A DNA stretch of 63,683 bases, counting the filler, from Reticulomyxa filosa (Eukaryota; Protista; Foraminifera), in assembly GCA_000512085.1 (NCBI GenBank). It is 27 parts of 27 records of this genome, joined end to end, with 100 filler letters (N's around TTAATTAATTAA, not from the genome) between each part and the next. Parts side by side here need not be neighbours in the genome. Positions count along the whole stretch, not along the records: positions 21,367 to 26,611 come from ASPP01002038.1; positions 26,712 to 30,159 come from ASPP01019617.1; positions 30,260 to 32,996 come from ASPP01024909.1; positions 33,097 to 34,214 come from ASPP01046020.1; positions 34,315 to 38,224 come from ASPP01016322.1; 22 more parts are not named here. One strand, 5' to 3'. The translations under genes and the position numbers were made by a program. The notes under the pieces are model-generated. The model searched no databases. It saw only the letters and a list, made by a program, of their open reading frames with translations, and had not been told where the DNA came from. Numbering within the stretch: the first letter of the stretch is position 1; every line of letters begins with the position of its first letter. Of the stretch, positions 24,198 to 37,747 are shown in pieces.

Positions 24198-25277
24198 TCA
24201 AATGTTTCTTTTACACAAACAAAGAAAATTAAAAACCGAATTTGCAAATGCGAAAGATAACAACATGAGTGTGCATTTGACACAAAGGTCGATAGCCAAA
24301 GCAGACCAAGCAAGATCATTTAAGCTGACTCTCACTATAGTTACGCTCGCTGTCAAAGTCGATAAAGTCGACACAATAAATAATCGAAAGAATTTTTTTA
24401 AACACTCTTTTAAGGCATTACAATAAGATTGATTTTCAATTTCATTCATGTTCAGCACCTGTTTTTTATTATTATTATTATTTATTAAAATCAAAAAAGA
24501 TAATGCTGTGACATTTTTACGTATACAAAAATAATTAAAAAAAGAATAAAATTTTTTGTGTTGCACTCCTATCGCAGATGTGAGAAGAACATAGAGGGGT
24601 CTGTATCTACGTATAAAAAACTCAACTTTACGTAAATAATAAATGAATATCAAAAACAACGAGACATCCCAAAAAATGCTGCAAACAACAGCAGTAAGAG
24701 CAAGTGTAATGCTACGCGCATCCGATTGATCACAGTGGTTAATGTGTGCATTGATGACAATCACAATCACAAGTGTACCATAAGTGATGATAGGAGCAGC
24801 CCACAAGAAATACTGAAGATAATTTGACATTGCAAATACACTTCCTCGAAGTGTGACAGTAATTCGAACCAGATAAAACGAGAAAAAACAACCATCAGTG
24901 ACGACACGTAAACACGAAACGTATAATACCAATGTACATGCTTTTCCAGGCACGTGAGAAAATCCAAACGCCAATCTTTCGCATATACTTCCCATACAAA
25001 CGAAAATACTACTTACAATGTATAATAACACCACCCATCGAATTTTCGAATGTATATCCGAAGTTTTCTTATTTTCTTCGGGTATAATTATTACACTTCT
25101 ACTGCCCCCTCGTGTTTCTATTTGTGATATGCTTTGCAATTCCATTCTTGATGTTATTGTTGCTAACTCACGTTTGGCTGTTGGTCGTTTCCATAAGTAT
25201 CCTCGTGTCAAGTGTAACAACCACGCACAATCAAACTGCAAACAAAGTTTGTCACAACTGTCAGTACGAGCGCCCAT
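24198..25277 (-). CDS. Orphan 7TM (GPCR-like) membrane protein, probable intron 24459-24626
   Basis: About 7 hydrophobic segments once the GTTGAG...AAAAAACAG intron is removed. Motif LVRITVTLRGSVFAMS and C-terminal AIDLCVKCTLMLLSF...FLCLC. The likely start is MELQ near 25145. Confidence 0.7.
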   Translation of the reverse strand: MGARTDSCDKLCLQFDCAWLLHLTRGYLWKRPTAKRELATITSRMELQSISQIETRGGSRSVIIIPEENKKTSDIHSKIRWVVLLYIVSSIFVCMGSICERLAFGFSHVPGKACTLVLYVSCLRVVTDGCFFSFYLVRITVTLRGSVFAMSNYLQYFLWAAPIITYGTLVIVIVINAHINHCDQSDARSITLALTAVVCSIFWDVSLFLIFIYYLRKVEFFIRRYRPLYVLLTSAIGVQHKKFYSFFNYFCIRKNVTALSFLILINNNNNKKQVLNMNEIENQSYCNALKECLKKFFRLFIVSTLSTLTASVTIVRVSLNDLAWSALAIDLCVKCTLMLLSFAFANSVFNFLCLCKRNI

Positions 25278-26574
25278 TCCGACCCCATTCCTGTTTTACT
25301 TAGATTAAAATACATTTGTCCCCTCCTTCTTTAGCCTAACAGAGCTATCTTCCTTCGCATAAACAAAAAGGGTTGTTCGAGTTCAAGACTATTTTTTACA
25401 CGCTTTGAGTTTGAGTGTTTCAAAAGCACTACTTGTTCTACTGTAAATTATACAACATTGTTGCCGTCAACTCTAAGGTTGTTTTCTTAACTTCGTACTT
25501 CTTCCAATTTTGACTGTAGAAAACCAGAAAGATAGCTTCGAGACATTGGAAAGTACAATTAATTCCAAAAATATTTAACATAAATAACTTTTAGTTTTAT
25601 TTTTAAGAAATCCAATAAATTTAGAAACAATATAAATTTCATTGTATTTTGTTTATGCCAAAGTAAAATCCTTATTGCTTTTATAATGTAGATTAGATCT
25701 AACTCCAGATTATCTCTGCTTGAATGCATATCAATAAAATGTACGTTGACAAATATCTTTAACTTATTTGGATCTAAGCAACAAGAAAGCTTAAATGTAG
25801 TCTTCCTAATGTGACTATATATTTGGACGAATAACTTGTGTAAATCCTGCTTTTCTTATCCAATGAACATGAAAAGCAATACAAGTCTATCTCATTATTT
25901 TTAATTCATCGCTTCGTGAAGATAGTACATGTACATTGTTTCTTTTCAGTTGTTTGTGTTTCACCATACAACAAAGCATATTATCTCGTAAGGTGTTTAT
26001 TTTACTTCAATAAGTCCATACTTGCTTCTCTTTTTCAATGGTGGTGAGGTCTTTTGAAGTTGCGGTTGCTGGCATTTACATACAAGGGGTTTTTAAGACA
26101 AAGTTTTAAAAAGATATTTTTTGCTAACTAACAAATGATATATTCTCAGCTTGAATATCATGATATTATCAGAATAATAAAAAGAGTTTATTTTAATGAC
26201 AAAAAGGTATTGTAGTTAGAGTTTGTTATCCGAAAGCCAAAATAGTAATATTTTTCCTAATTAGCAACAAATCTATCTTACAAAATAATTTTACTTTTAA
26301 AAAGTGTACAGTGATTTACGGAACAGCTCTCAAACGCGTGATTTTGTCGACGGGTTTTTTTAGTTGGCAAAAGAAAAGTAAGCTTCGAGCCTCCCCTTAC
26401 AGCCAACAATGCAAGTAGATATTGAAAAACATCAGGCCGCGTTGGGTCTTTCTCTTCATCATATCAACCATGTTACCTTTGCCTGCATATTGCAAACATT
26501 TTTGTACTCCAGCCGCCATTCAGTGATGTTTAAAAAGAACAAAAACATAAAAAAAAAAGTAGCAAACAATAAAT

Positions 26575-26611
<37 letters not shown>

Positions 26612-26758
26612 NNNNNNNNNNNNNNNNNNNNNNNNNNNNNNNNNNNNNNNNNNNNTTAATTAATTAANNNNNNNNNNNNNNNNNNNNNNNNNNNNNNNNN
26701 NNNNNNNNNNNTTTTTTTTTTTTTTTTTAAAAAAAAAAAAACAAACTACAAACTCAAC

Positions 26759-27823
26759 TTGCAATTCTCTTAAGTACGGATTATCATTGACTTGATCTAG
26801 CTTTGTTTTCATCTCTTGAATGGATATCTTTTCTTCTTCTTCTTCGACCCATAGACTCTTTTTGGTAATGAATTTCCGCACATCCAGTTTGACGTGTGTG
26901 TTTGATTTACTTTTTGCGGCACAGTTGTTGCCGAGGATATGCACAAATGACCCCTGTTCGCTCAACACTCCAACGCTGCCATCCAATGAAATGGGGAGGC
27001 CATGGTTGCATTGCGACCACTTATTTTCCTCAATGGAGTACATGTGGACAAGTGTGGACGCGTCACCAAAGCCATCGGCATATCCGCCAAAAAACAAGAC
27101 TTTCCGATCGATCACCAAATATGCGTATTGACTAGACGGTCTGAGCGAATTGCCGACGCGCAATATCTGGAAGTTCAACTCATTCTTGGATTCGTTATAT
27201 TCAATTGCCAATCCTTTGTCCTTCCAAAAGAACAACATTGCACTTTTGTTCTTCTCTTCGACTGCCGACGTGGTGGTGGTGGTGGTGGATACAAGGCAAT
27301 GCCAATTAATAGAGTCCCTGCTATTCACTGGCAACCAATCTTGCTTGATATATTGCAATGACTTCAGGTCGAATATATCAATGTTTGCTGGAGGATATGT
27401 GATAAACAACAGGTGGTGCTTGCTTCCACCTACTAATGCACGCACGCCACTGTAGTTTGTACGGTTTCCTCCAATCAAAACGGTCTTGTCATCCTTGTCG
27501 CTCAAAGGAACCCATTTATTGCAAGCCTCACTTTCCCACACGCTTTCATAGTGCATCACTAATGTGTGGTCATATAAACCACCAAATGATAATAAAGTCA
27601 CCCCGTTTGCACTCTCATTGCTCACAAACTTTACCACACAGTGTCCCCATAAGCTCACCTCCTCTGGATAGGAACAAATCAATTTGTACTTGTTTTTGAC
27701 TGTGTGGTAGGAGTAACACTCCTTGACGTCATAGCCCCCACAAATGAGAAGCTCTTGCTTGTATGCCACGCACTGAACCTTCAACAGCTTACCAGGCAGA
27801 TCTGGCAAAGTTTCAACGTCCAT
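26759..27823 (-). CDS. Kelch-repeat beta-propeller protein (first exon, 3' truncated)
   Basis: LPDLP...ELLICGGY...CYSYH, GHCVV, LLSFGG, VLFFGG...YSIEENKW and VHILG repeats. Confidence 0.9.
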
Positions 27824-29694
27824 TAATATCTTGAGACTGATTATTTTCCAATAATTTTTTTTGAATGTTCAAAGGGATAAAGTTAAACACCCTTCTTCTA
27901 AAGGTTACTTGCTGTAATGTTCTCTCTGCAAACAATGCATTTGATATCCTTTCTCTATTGATGTGTAAAGATGTGCATCATTGGTGTCAAAAAAGCAATC
28001 TTTCATTGAACCAAAATAAAATCAATTGCTTGACAAATTGTATACAAAGAACCAAAAACAATAATGGCTCTTTGGCAAAAAAAAACATCTAAGAAAATTT
28101 ATTTTGCATTGACAAGGAAAAGCAGATAAATTATTAAATGTCAATGTCCTTTTGGTATGGACTAGATGAACTGTTACTGCTTGGCTCAATTGTCACACAA
28201 TTGAAAAGTAAGTTATTATCACTTATCTATTGATAACATTCCGTGCTTTTATTTCCTTTTTTCGAAACATAAGCTGGTGTGGATATTTAAAAAAATATTC
28301 ATAAAAAAAAGGCAGTCGGTTGTACATTCACATCGAACGATTTGTAGTGCAATGCCCTACTAACTACAGGAGAAGCTTCAATGAACGAGGGAACTCTTTT
28401 TTCTCAACAACCTTCACTGTCTTCTTTCACTTTTCTGTTTTCTTATTTCTTTGTCAGTGAGTTGTTTATCTCTTGATTATTTAACTACTTTTATTTGCCT
28501 TTTTTGAAAACACTTTTTGGTAATTACTTTCGTATTACACTTGGTGCACCTCAATCTTCCTACAGATTTCATCTTAGAAGCATTAATGTAGCATATCTAC
28601 GGTTGCAAATTTAGCTCATGGAAATACTATTTATCGCTTATTGCAAAGATGTTGTCACACTTCTACTGTATCAATCATAGGTGCGGTCGATGATAACAAT
28701 TCATTGAAAATAATGTATTTTTCATGCATACAACGGAGAATCCTTAACAATCTCAAAAAAAAAACAGCCTAAGAAGCTGAAACTTAATTTAAAATAATAA
28801 ATAATACTCCTTCGATTGTGATATTTTCACAGTAAAAATGTGTAAAAGAATTGAAAGAATTATGTAACTTTATTAAAAAATAATATTGTAATTAAATTTT
28901 TTAATTCAACAAAAACATGTGGCAACTAAAATAAAATTTAATGCAACGAAGCAAACAATACTTTTTCCGTAATTTTATATCGACTTTTACTCAGTAACGA
29001 ATAAAAAAAGTTGATTTGTAAAGTTTTTTACAAAAGATAATTGCTTTTCTTCAACTTGAAAGCTTCAAAGTTTTTGACTTGCACAAGGCATTTTTTTAAA
29101 CACCACAATACAAATAGAACTTGTCAATGAATCATAATACGATTAATATCACACCTATGATCACTACTACTTTTTCTGTTCTTGTTCATTGTGGAAACAT
29201 TTAGTGTAATACCGGAAAATGGAATGGAAGAGTGTTGGAAGCAAAAAAATGTGAAAAATCAGTGAGTAAGCTTTATGAAAAAAATAACAACTTTATTTGT
29301 TATATTGAATGCTATGAATATATTATTACATTTGTAAAAATATGTTTGTAAACATTCTTTCTACATTTTTGTAGTTTTAATCAATTTTGTTGTTATATAC
29401 ATTAGGACAGAGTATGAAATAAATAACTTGCCTGCTCATTTGTGAAATTTCTATCATCATTAATTTTTTTAATCAACTACTTATTCTTTGAGTTTTTTTT
29501 TGCTTTTGAGCATTCATGAGAAATATCCCGAATAATTGAAGATTGAACAATTTTTTAATTTATTTTGTTTTTTAAAAACGGGAACAAAAGAAACATTTGA
29601 CCAAAAAACAAAATTGGATTTCCCGATTATCGGAAATGTTGCAGAGGAAAATGCAACTCCATTATCCGTAGCATTTGAAATGCCGATAAGTTTT

Positions 29695-30159
29695 TTAAAA
29701 ACCATAAGTTCTTTGATCAAATTTTGAGGGAAAATTTTGATGTCTCTGAATCACTTGGTTTGCGACTTTTTCCGCACATTTCAAGTGAAATATTAGCTCA
29801 TAGCAAAGCGCCTGAATGAAACAATTGTTTGGAGAATTCAGTTCTGTTTTGTCCAATGTTTCACAAATGGTCTTGCACTCCTTGACAACATTGGACAATA
29901 TGTCTACATCTTTATGGAGCACAAACATTGTTTCCAGCATTTTGCATCCTTTTAACGATTGTTGAATTTGTAGCCATTCTCCCATCAGTGTGAAGATTTC
30001 CTTCTTTGCAGATTCAACACCTTTTTTTTGTTTTTTGCAAAGGTGCATCTCCAGCGCCAAATATAGTTGTATATCCACTCTGCAATACCGAGGCTAACGC
30101 CTCATACATGCCATTAAATACACTTGTTTTGGTTTGGATATCACGTTCTGAAATGCCAA
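29695..30159 (-). CDS. C-terminal part of a hypothetical helical protein (probable homopolymer frameshift ~30025)
   Basis: Protein-like open frames on either side of an A-run. No recognisable motif. Confidence 0.4.
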
Positions 30160-30259
30160 NNNNNNNNNNNNNNNNNNNNNNNNNNNNNNNNNNNNNNNNN
30201 NNNTTAATTAATTAANNNNNNNNNNNNNNNNNNNNNNNNNNNNNNNNNNNNNNNNNNNN

Positions 30260-31021
30260 TTTTTTATGACTAAACAGCTTATTGGCAAACAGGTAGGCCA
30301 ACCACACCGATACAATGGTCAATATCAGGATTTGTAAGAATACTCCGACTAGACTCGAATACACGATATACGGCGTAAACAACATCCCTTGTGTCCCAAA
30401 AAAGACAAGTGAAAACAGAGCAATCAAAGATGCCAATGCTCGATATACTCGTACCGATGATGCCAGTGGTGTCCCATCAAATGTCACAATCAGCCGCACC
30501 AAAATCAATGCATATAGGCTTGTCTGCGATAAACCCCACGCGCAATCTGATATCACGTACACAAAGAACAGGTAAGCGGGTGGGCAAAATTCATAAAATA
30601 TTGTTAATCCAATAAAACCCACCTCTCCAATAAAAAATAACAATATCGTCACTTGAAAAAAAAGACGTCGGCCATAATGGTGGGGGCTTTGCTTCGTTCG
30701 CCAGACGTCACGAATCAAAAATAGTCCTGTTATCAAAATTATGACAAGTGCTAGTGCATTAGCTCCGGTTGTGAGCCATGTCAGTATAGTGCTTGAGAAA
30801 AACATTCCAAAGCGAAATATTGGAATATTTTGATTATAACATTCCAAATTTAAACCCTTTTTTATGCTGAAAACGGCTGGCTTTTCTAAAGTACTTTTCC
30901 ATTTTGCAGCACCGCCTTTTTGAAAGCTGCTTTCACACAAGTGGTCTCTAATTATTTGGTATTGTTCAACTGACGAAAATAATACAAACACTCGTTTTGA
31001 ACCGACCAAGGGGTGCCACAA
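30260..31021 (-). CDS. Orphan 7TM (GPCR-like) membrane protein, 3' truncated; same family as 24198-25277
   Basis: Five hydrophobic helices before the contig end. Motif LVRLIVTFDGTPLASS. The likely start is MFFSS near 30805. Confidence 0.7.
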
Positions 31022-32411
31022 ACAGCCGTCTTGTTTTTTTTTAATTTTAAGGGTTCATATCGGTTATTCCCGACATAAGACAAAATATGTCAGCACAAAA
31101 TCCAAATATGAATCGCAAAGAATGGCCTGATATGGCAACATTACAAAAGGAACATGTGAACCTGCTGAAAGTTTGATCTTATAAGACAATCTTTTTTAGT
31201 CAATCAAACACTGGCAAAACGAGGAGAATTTTGCTCAAAACAAATAATGGTTACACTTTTCATAATAGAAAATCGACATCCTACAAAAAGAATTGGAAGG
31301 AATTAAGTTGAGCACGATCAGCTTTTTTTTTGAATTGATAAAAAAGTTTAATTGTTACGTTTTCCTTATAAAAATTTGCAATAGAGCAAATATTAAACAA
31401 GAAGAGCTTCAAGAATCCAAATTTAACAAAGAAATCGTACAATTGAAAGGATTAGTTAGTGAAATATTACTTTTATTTATTCTTTTAAATTTTTCATTGT
31501 CATTAAAGTAAGCGTCTAATGATAAACAATAGTTGCAGAAAGAAGAAGAAGAGGTCAATAAGATTAAATATCCTGTAAATGCTGCCAACACTGAAACTAT
31601 TTTATGAAATGCGTTTATTACTTAGTATTCTGTTATTTTGTTACGTGAATTCAAGCGATAACAATTTTTAATACATGTATTTTTTCGCACTTTTGTAAAA
31701 TAAAAAAACTAAACAAAAAAATAAAATTGGTTAGTGAGTAATGGAAAACAACATCTAATTCAAGTTGAAAATGTTTGTTGATTGAAAATAATAATATACT
31801 TTTTAAAAAATTAAACAATTGTAGTCTTCTAAATATAACAAGACTATAAAAATGAGACAAAAATCAGTGTGAAGTGAATGATGAAGCAACTAGTAGTCGG
31901 ACAAACTTATATCAAATTGACTTAAACACATAATAATAATTTTAAAAAGTAGTATTATAAAAATAAAAACATGTTATTATTAAATAATGGTAAATATTCA
32001 TTAAATTATAAAAGATATTTAATTTCAATAAACGAAGGTAACAAAAGAAATTTGCGGGATCTAGTTATTTATTATAGTCTTGTAAAAACCAAAACAAAAA
32101 ATCCAGGATATTGGAATTCAAATTATTATGAAGTAAATTGCGCTTTGGGAAAAAGAAAGAATTAAATCAACACAAAAAAAAACACATCAAAGATGTACGA
32201 TTTATATTCTGAATATTCTTTGGAATTATTGTAAATGTTGTTTGTTACAATTAGCACACTGGTGATATCTTCTACTTGTTTTGTTTAATTTAAATCTTAT
32301 TGATCCAAAAAATTTTACGTATTTGCTTGCCTCAGTTTGGAAAGAAGTATAAAAATGGTAACACAGTTTCCTTAAAGCATTGGTGATGAAATTTCACGCG
32401 TTGAAGCGTAA

Positions 32412-32903
32412 GTGAGAAAAGATTGTCCGAAACAAACCAATTCCAAAATAAAAAAGGACGCATATATATATACAATTGGAAGAATGAGCAATAATATGAC
32501 ATATCCAAAGAGTACTCCGAGCAATGAGAGCGAGTATGTACCAAGTAGGAGAGTAGCAATAAATCTAGCACGAAAGATAGTGTCGATGGAGCAATCGTCG
32601 TACTTATCGTTTAACGCGTACGAAATGGAGACAGTGTTAGGACAAGACGCTTCAGAAGGGATTTCAGCGTTGTGTGTATCAACGCAAAAGTCGAGTGGAG
32701 GCAAGCAAGGGTCGAGAGCACTGATTTACGTGGCGACAAAAAGTGATAAAATAATAACATATGAGTTCATCGAAACGGGGAACAACGACGAAGTCCAGTC
32801 ACCAACTCATGTAAACATGTCATCAACCTATGGCAGCAGCAACAAAAACGCTCGTTTCAAGCTAAGGCCAGGCAGCCCTGAGGAATTCAAGAAAGCAAAG
32901 AAA
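32412..32903 (+). CDS. Hypothetical protein exon, possibly a beta-propeller blade, 3' truncated
   Basis: Open frame with GISALCV...LIYVATKSDKIITYEF, followed by a GT donor and a T-run. Confidence 0.45.
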
Positions 32904-33096
32904 GTTGTACTTTTTTTTTTTTTTTTTTGCCACGTCATCGATTTAAATAAAAAAAAATGGTCATGTGACACAATAAAAATACTATGACATATGCAANNNN
33001 NNNNNNNNNNNNNNNNNNNNNNNNNNNNNNNNNNNNNNNNTTAATTAATTAANNNNNNNNNNNNNNNNNNNNNNNNNNNNNNNNNNNNNNNNNNNN

Positions 33097-33948
33097 ATTC
33101 CACAAATAAAGGTGCAATCCCAACCAACTTATGGTGACAATATATATGATACAGCTTGTGAAGCAGCACGATCGGGTCATTTAGTACGACTCAAAACTAT
33201 ATTAAAGCATCGTCGTGTAAATATCAATGATATATTTGATGAACATGGACACACCCCATTGCACTTAGCGATACATCATAAACACTGGAATATTGTCCGT
33301 TATTGTATTGACCGAGGTGCATGGATTGATATTAGAGGGGGTGCTGTGGATGCATCTATTTTGCAAACTCCTTTGGAATCTCTCATTGAAAAAATGGAGA
33401 GCAAGGAAGATAGCAAAGAGGTTACTGACATATGCAAACAAATATTGCAAGAAAGAACTGTGTATTCAAGAAAACAAATTGAATATGCTATTGATTATGT
33501 AAAAGATAAATTAATAGATGGAGGTGGTATTAGCAAAGCTATTGATACCAAGAGTTATGAGTCATTCTTGCAAGAGGGTGCAACATTCTTGTTGGGAGTG
33601 AATCAAACAAATTTGCATAAGATATTGATTGACAATAATTTGTTTTATTGGACAGTTGGTCGAAATATTGTTTCAATTCAAACTAAAAGTGGAGAAGAAA
33701 AAAGGTTTGATGGGGGATGGTTTGCTACAGCATTTCTGATGTATCGAATATTTTTATTGTTTGAAATTTGTGTGCAATTGAAACGAGAAGGAAAACAATG
33801 CATTGGTTTACCAACGAATACAACTTATTGGGATCACATTACAGTTACAAAGCTATCCAAATATCCAGATTTGATAGAGGATTGGAGTTGCAATGTGGTA
33901 AAACGTTTGATGTCTTTTAAACCAAAGCCATCAAATAATGAATCCTAA
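33097..33948 (+). CDS. Ankyrin-repeat protein fragment
   Basis: ACEAARSGHLVRLKTIL, GHTPLHLAIHHKHWNIVRYCIDRGA and QTPLE. Confidence 0.85.
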   Translation: MPQIKVQSQPTYGDNIYDTACEAARSGHLVRLKTILKHRRVNINDIFDEHGHTPLHLAIHHKHWNIVRYCIDRGAWIDIRGGAVDASILQTPLESLIEKMESKEDSKEVTDICKQILQERTVYSRKQIEYAIDYVKDKLIDGGGISKAIDTKSYESFLQEGATFLLGVNQTNLHKILIDNNLFYWTVGRNIVSIQTKSGEEKRFDGGWFATAFLMYRIFLLFEICVQLKREGKQCIGLPTNTTYWDHITVTKLSKYPDLIEDWSCNVVKRLMSFKPKPSNNES

Positions 33949-34381
33949 TGTATTCAATGCAATCTTCTTCAACTTTTTAATGTTTTTTCTAGTGCCAACT
34001 AAAAAGAAGTTAATACTAACGACAAAAAACTCAAACTTTCACTTGTAGCTACAAAAAACTTCCTCATTATTCCTTAACAAGAGCAAACAGGTATAAGATG
34101 CTTGTGGTTTGTCCCTAAAAGATAAACATTACATCATCGAAAATAAAAAAACTGGAACTAAGCTCCCCCTTGTAACTCATTGTTTCGATTGATAAAATTT
34201 GACATAATCTTTATNNNNNNNNNNNNNNNNNNNNNNNNNNNNNNNNNNNNNNNNNNNNTTAATTAATTAANNNNNNNNNNNNNNNNNNNNNNNNNNNNNN
34301 NNNNNNNNNNNNNNAAAAAAAAAAAAAAAAAAAAATTTAAAAAAATTTTTTTTTTTTTGAAAACAGCTTGCTGTTGAAATA

Positions 34382-35560
34382 ATGCAAGTAATTGACAAAT
34401 GCAACTTGAAACTGGACACGCCATCACTCAAGGAAAATAACAACGCATTGGTGGTTTGTCTGAAGTGGAGTGAAAATGTGTCAAAGATCTGGCACGGCCA
34501 CTTTGTGCTCGAAGTCGAGGTGAAGACTCTGCACATGAAAGAACTGAAACATGACAATGAGAGTGACCAGAAGAACGGAAGCAGCGAAGAAAAAGGAGAA
34601 GAAAAAGAAGAAGATAAAGATCTGCTTCCTTACAACACGTGGACCAAGGTTTGCGAAGTAGACCCCACGACCAACACAGATGCTCATTCTATCGAATTGA
34701 ATCAACACTGGGCCATCGGCTGGCACGAAGTACGAATGCGCGTCGCTTTTTATGACAAAATATTTTTTAGCACTTATAGCAATATTCAAGTTTTTCAAGT
34801 CCCTTTAGGTTCCATCTATTACTCAATATATACACATATATATATATTTTTATATTTATATATGTATATATTGTTTGTTTCAATCTTTTGTTATCATCAT
34901 ATATGTTGCTCTGTTGTCACATATAACTATAGCCATCGACTCTGCAATATTGACGTTGCCAGAAAAACTCGCTCTGCTTTCGCAACTTCCAATGAAACCA
35001 GGGGCCACATTACATCTGCTGTTTCGTGCCACTCGCGATGGATTTGGCACTGCCAGTTTTCATAATGCTTGTAACAATAAAGGCCCGACGGTCACTATTG
35101 TTCAATCCAATCACAATCATGTCTTTGGTGGGTTCACTACTATCCCATGGCGATCTTCTAGCAGCTATCTCAATGACTCACAGTCGTTTCTGGTTTTGCT
35201 GCGGGCTCCAAATCAATCCCCACAAAAATGGAGTGTCAAAACTGGCTCCGAAGGAAATGCTATCTACGACCATCCTTCTTACGGACCTACATTTGGTATG
35301 TTGGAGAAACACTGATGTGGCAAATAAATATATATATATATATGTATACACATATGTAATTATGGTATCGTGTGTTACAAATGTGTGGATGTCATTCTAC
35401 AGGCGCTGGACACGATTTTTACATCTGTGATAACTGCAACAATGTCGGTAGCAGTAGTGCTACTCCGAACAGTTACAATGGGCCTAGTACCAATACTGCC
35501 TTAACAGGTGCGGCCAATTTCACGGTGACAAATTATGAAGTGTTTCAATTAAAAGAATAG
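34382..35560 (+). CDS. TLDc-domain protein with an upstream FN3-like region; exons ..34808, 34933-35295, 35403-35560
   Basis: Both GT..AG introns splice in frame. TLDc motifs LLFRATRDGF...FHNACNNKGPTVTIV, VFGGFT, YGPTFGAGHD and YEVFQL. Confidence 0.9.
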
Positions 35561-36020
35561 TCAAATTTTTGTAAACGGTAACAATTTTCTTTTGTTTCAC
35601 TCATTCGATCATTTTTTTTATTCACCTTGGGTTGGTTATCATTTGCATTTTTTCGATCAACATACTCAAAATTTTAATTTCAGATTGAATAACATTTTCA
35701 CTTTCAGGAATATTCACTCTGATTCCAATTACTACTGACACAACATCAAAAGCAAAAAACTCTTGTCACAGTGTACTAAACAAAAGAATGTTTTTTTTTT
35801 TTTTTTTTTTTTACAAAAGAATGACGTTGGTTTCTATTAAATCGAACACTTTAAAAGTTAGTTTTCAAAAATTTAATTAAAAAACGAGCAAATTGATTTA
35901 AAAAATGATGGTAATTTGCATTATATTTGCAAAATGAAATTAACGTTTTCTCCGCCAAAGAACAAGAAAAAATTAAGGGTCGAAATTTTTATAATTATTG
36001 ATCTTTCGTAAAGATTAAAG

Positions 36021-37014
36021 ATGTCCGAATACAAGAAAACGGAAAATCCATTTGCAAAATTGTTTATTTCCGGAGGCGTAACAATATTTTTTGAAGCCTT
36101 GGGAGGAGGTCATTACTTTGAGATGGTAAAAATACTGAAGCAAACAACGAATAATAGTTACGCCACGATAACAAAGCGGATGATAGCAAACAAAGGGATA
36201 GTCGGAATTTTGGATGGATTTGTGCCCTGGGGCGCACTTCAAGCATCAATAAAAGGTTCTTCCTTTGGTTTTGGCGAAGCAGCAGCGAAGCGATTGCTAG
36301 AGCGCATCGCACCAGACTCAGTGCCAAAGTGGCAACGAGAGATACTTTCTGGAGGAATGGGCGGTTTTGTGCAAGGCATTGTGATGAGTCCTATGTTGCT
36401 ATTGAAAACACGAGTGATGACAGACCCGCGATTTCGCACGGCCGGAGGCTTCATTCAAACGAGTATCCACTCGATGAAATTAGGTGGCGAGCTTATCCGA
36501 ACTGAAGGAGGACTTATGTCACTTACTAAAGTTATTTATTATCTCTTTTTTTTTTTTTTTTAAAAAAAAAAAAAAGGAACCTAAAAAAAAAAAAAAAAAA
36601 GGGCATGGGCGTGTTTTCGTAAAACGATTTGCTGACTGGACAACCAGATATGGATTTGTGGTGCTTGTGGAACACGGAATGAGAAAACAACTCGGATTAA
36701 GTGAGAAACAAAAACTAAGCAAGACTCAAGAGATGGTCAGCAGTTTGGCGGGTGGCACGCTGTCGGCGCTGGCAACAGTACCCATTGACGTTACGGTTTC
36801 ATTGATTCAACAAGCATCGAAAAAGGGCCAAAAAGTATCCGTTTTCGAAATTTATCGGGAACAGTTCCGTTCTGGGGGGCTTCGAGGAACATTGCAATTG
36901 GCAACACGAGGCTTGGTGGCAAGGGTTACCCATGTGGCCTTAACTGTTTTGATGATGAAAAATGTGTCTTCGTGGTGTTACTCTTTTTTGGTAGACTTCA
37001 CTGTGAAGAAATAA
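36021..37014 (+). CDS. YHM2: Mitochondrial carrier (SLC25), Yhm2-like citrate/oxoglutarate carrier; intron 36531-36601
   Basis: GFVPWGALQASIKG matches the Yhm2-type G.IPW...AS.KG motif. Carrier signatures PMLLLKTR and PIDVTVS. A 1-nt shortfall in the T-run near 36615 is needed to read GMGVFFVKR and is a likely sequencing error. Confidence 0.8.
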
Positions 37015-37747
37015 TTGTGCTTTCTTTTTTTTTAAAAAAAAAAATCATTTTTCGTTTCTTTTTTTGTTATATCGTTGGAATGTGAGGTGGGATTGTTTGG
37101 TTTCTTTTGTGTTTGATCGTCTTTTTTTTCCCCAACAAAATCCTAATGTTCTGGTTTTGTTACAACTCGTATTACAAAAGTAGTATATTTTCACTACGTT
37201 TTAATTTATGATAAATAGATTATTCATCTGTTTTTGAAATTTTTTTTATGAACAGTAAATTAAGGGCTTCGCTCTACTCTTTCTTATCATTTTTTTTGTT
37301 TTGAATGTTTCTTTTCTCGATAGTTTTTTTTCTTGCTAACAAAGGATTCTTATCCTTTACTTACATCAACTCGACTATAAGAGAAAACTGCACGGCTATG
37401 ATTTATATTACTCAATGTGACACTTACTTGCTTACTTTTTCCCAAATTATCGAAATCTTTTGAACAATTTACAAATTCTGCTGTGAAATCTTGTTTCCAA
37501 AAATGCACCCTGACATATCGATGAACGAGATAATTAAATTGATGCTTATGAATCTTTGTGATAAATTAGTTGGTTTGTTCAACCGTCATTTTTTTATTTG
37601 GTGTTGATGGCTCTTAGGAAAATAATACTGTATTTCTGTTTCACTCTAAACGCAGAACGAGGGGGAAACGTTTGAATTTTTTTCTATTTCTGAAAGAATA
37701 ATTATCCAACAAATAAATAAATCAATAAACAAAGAAGAAATACATAG

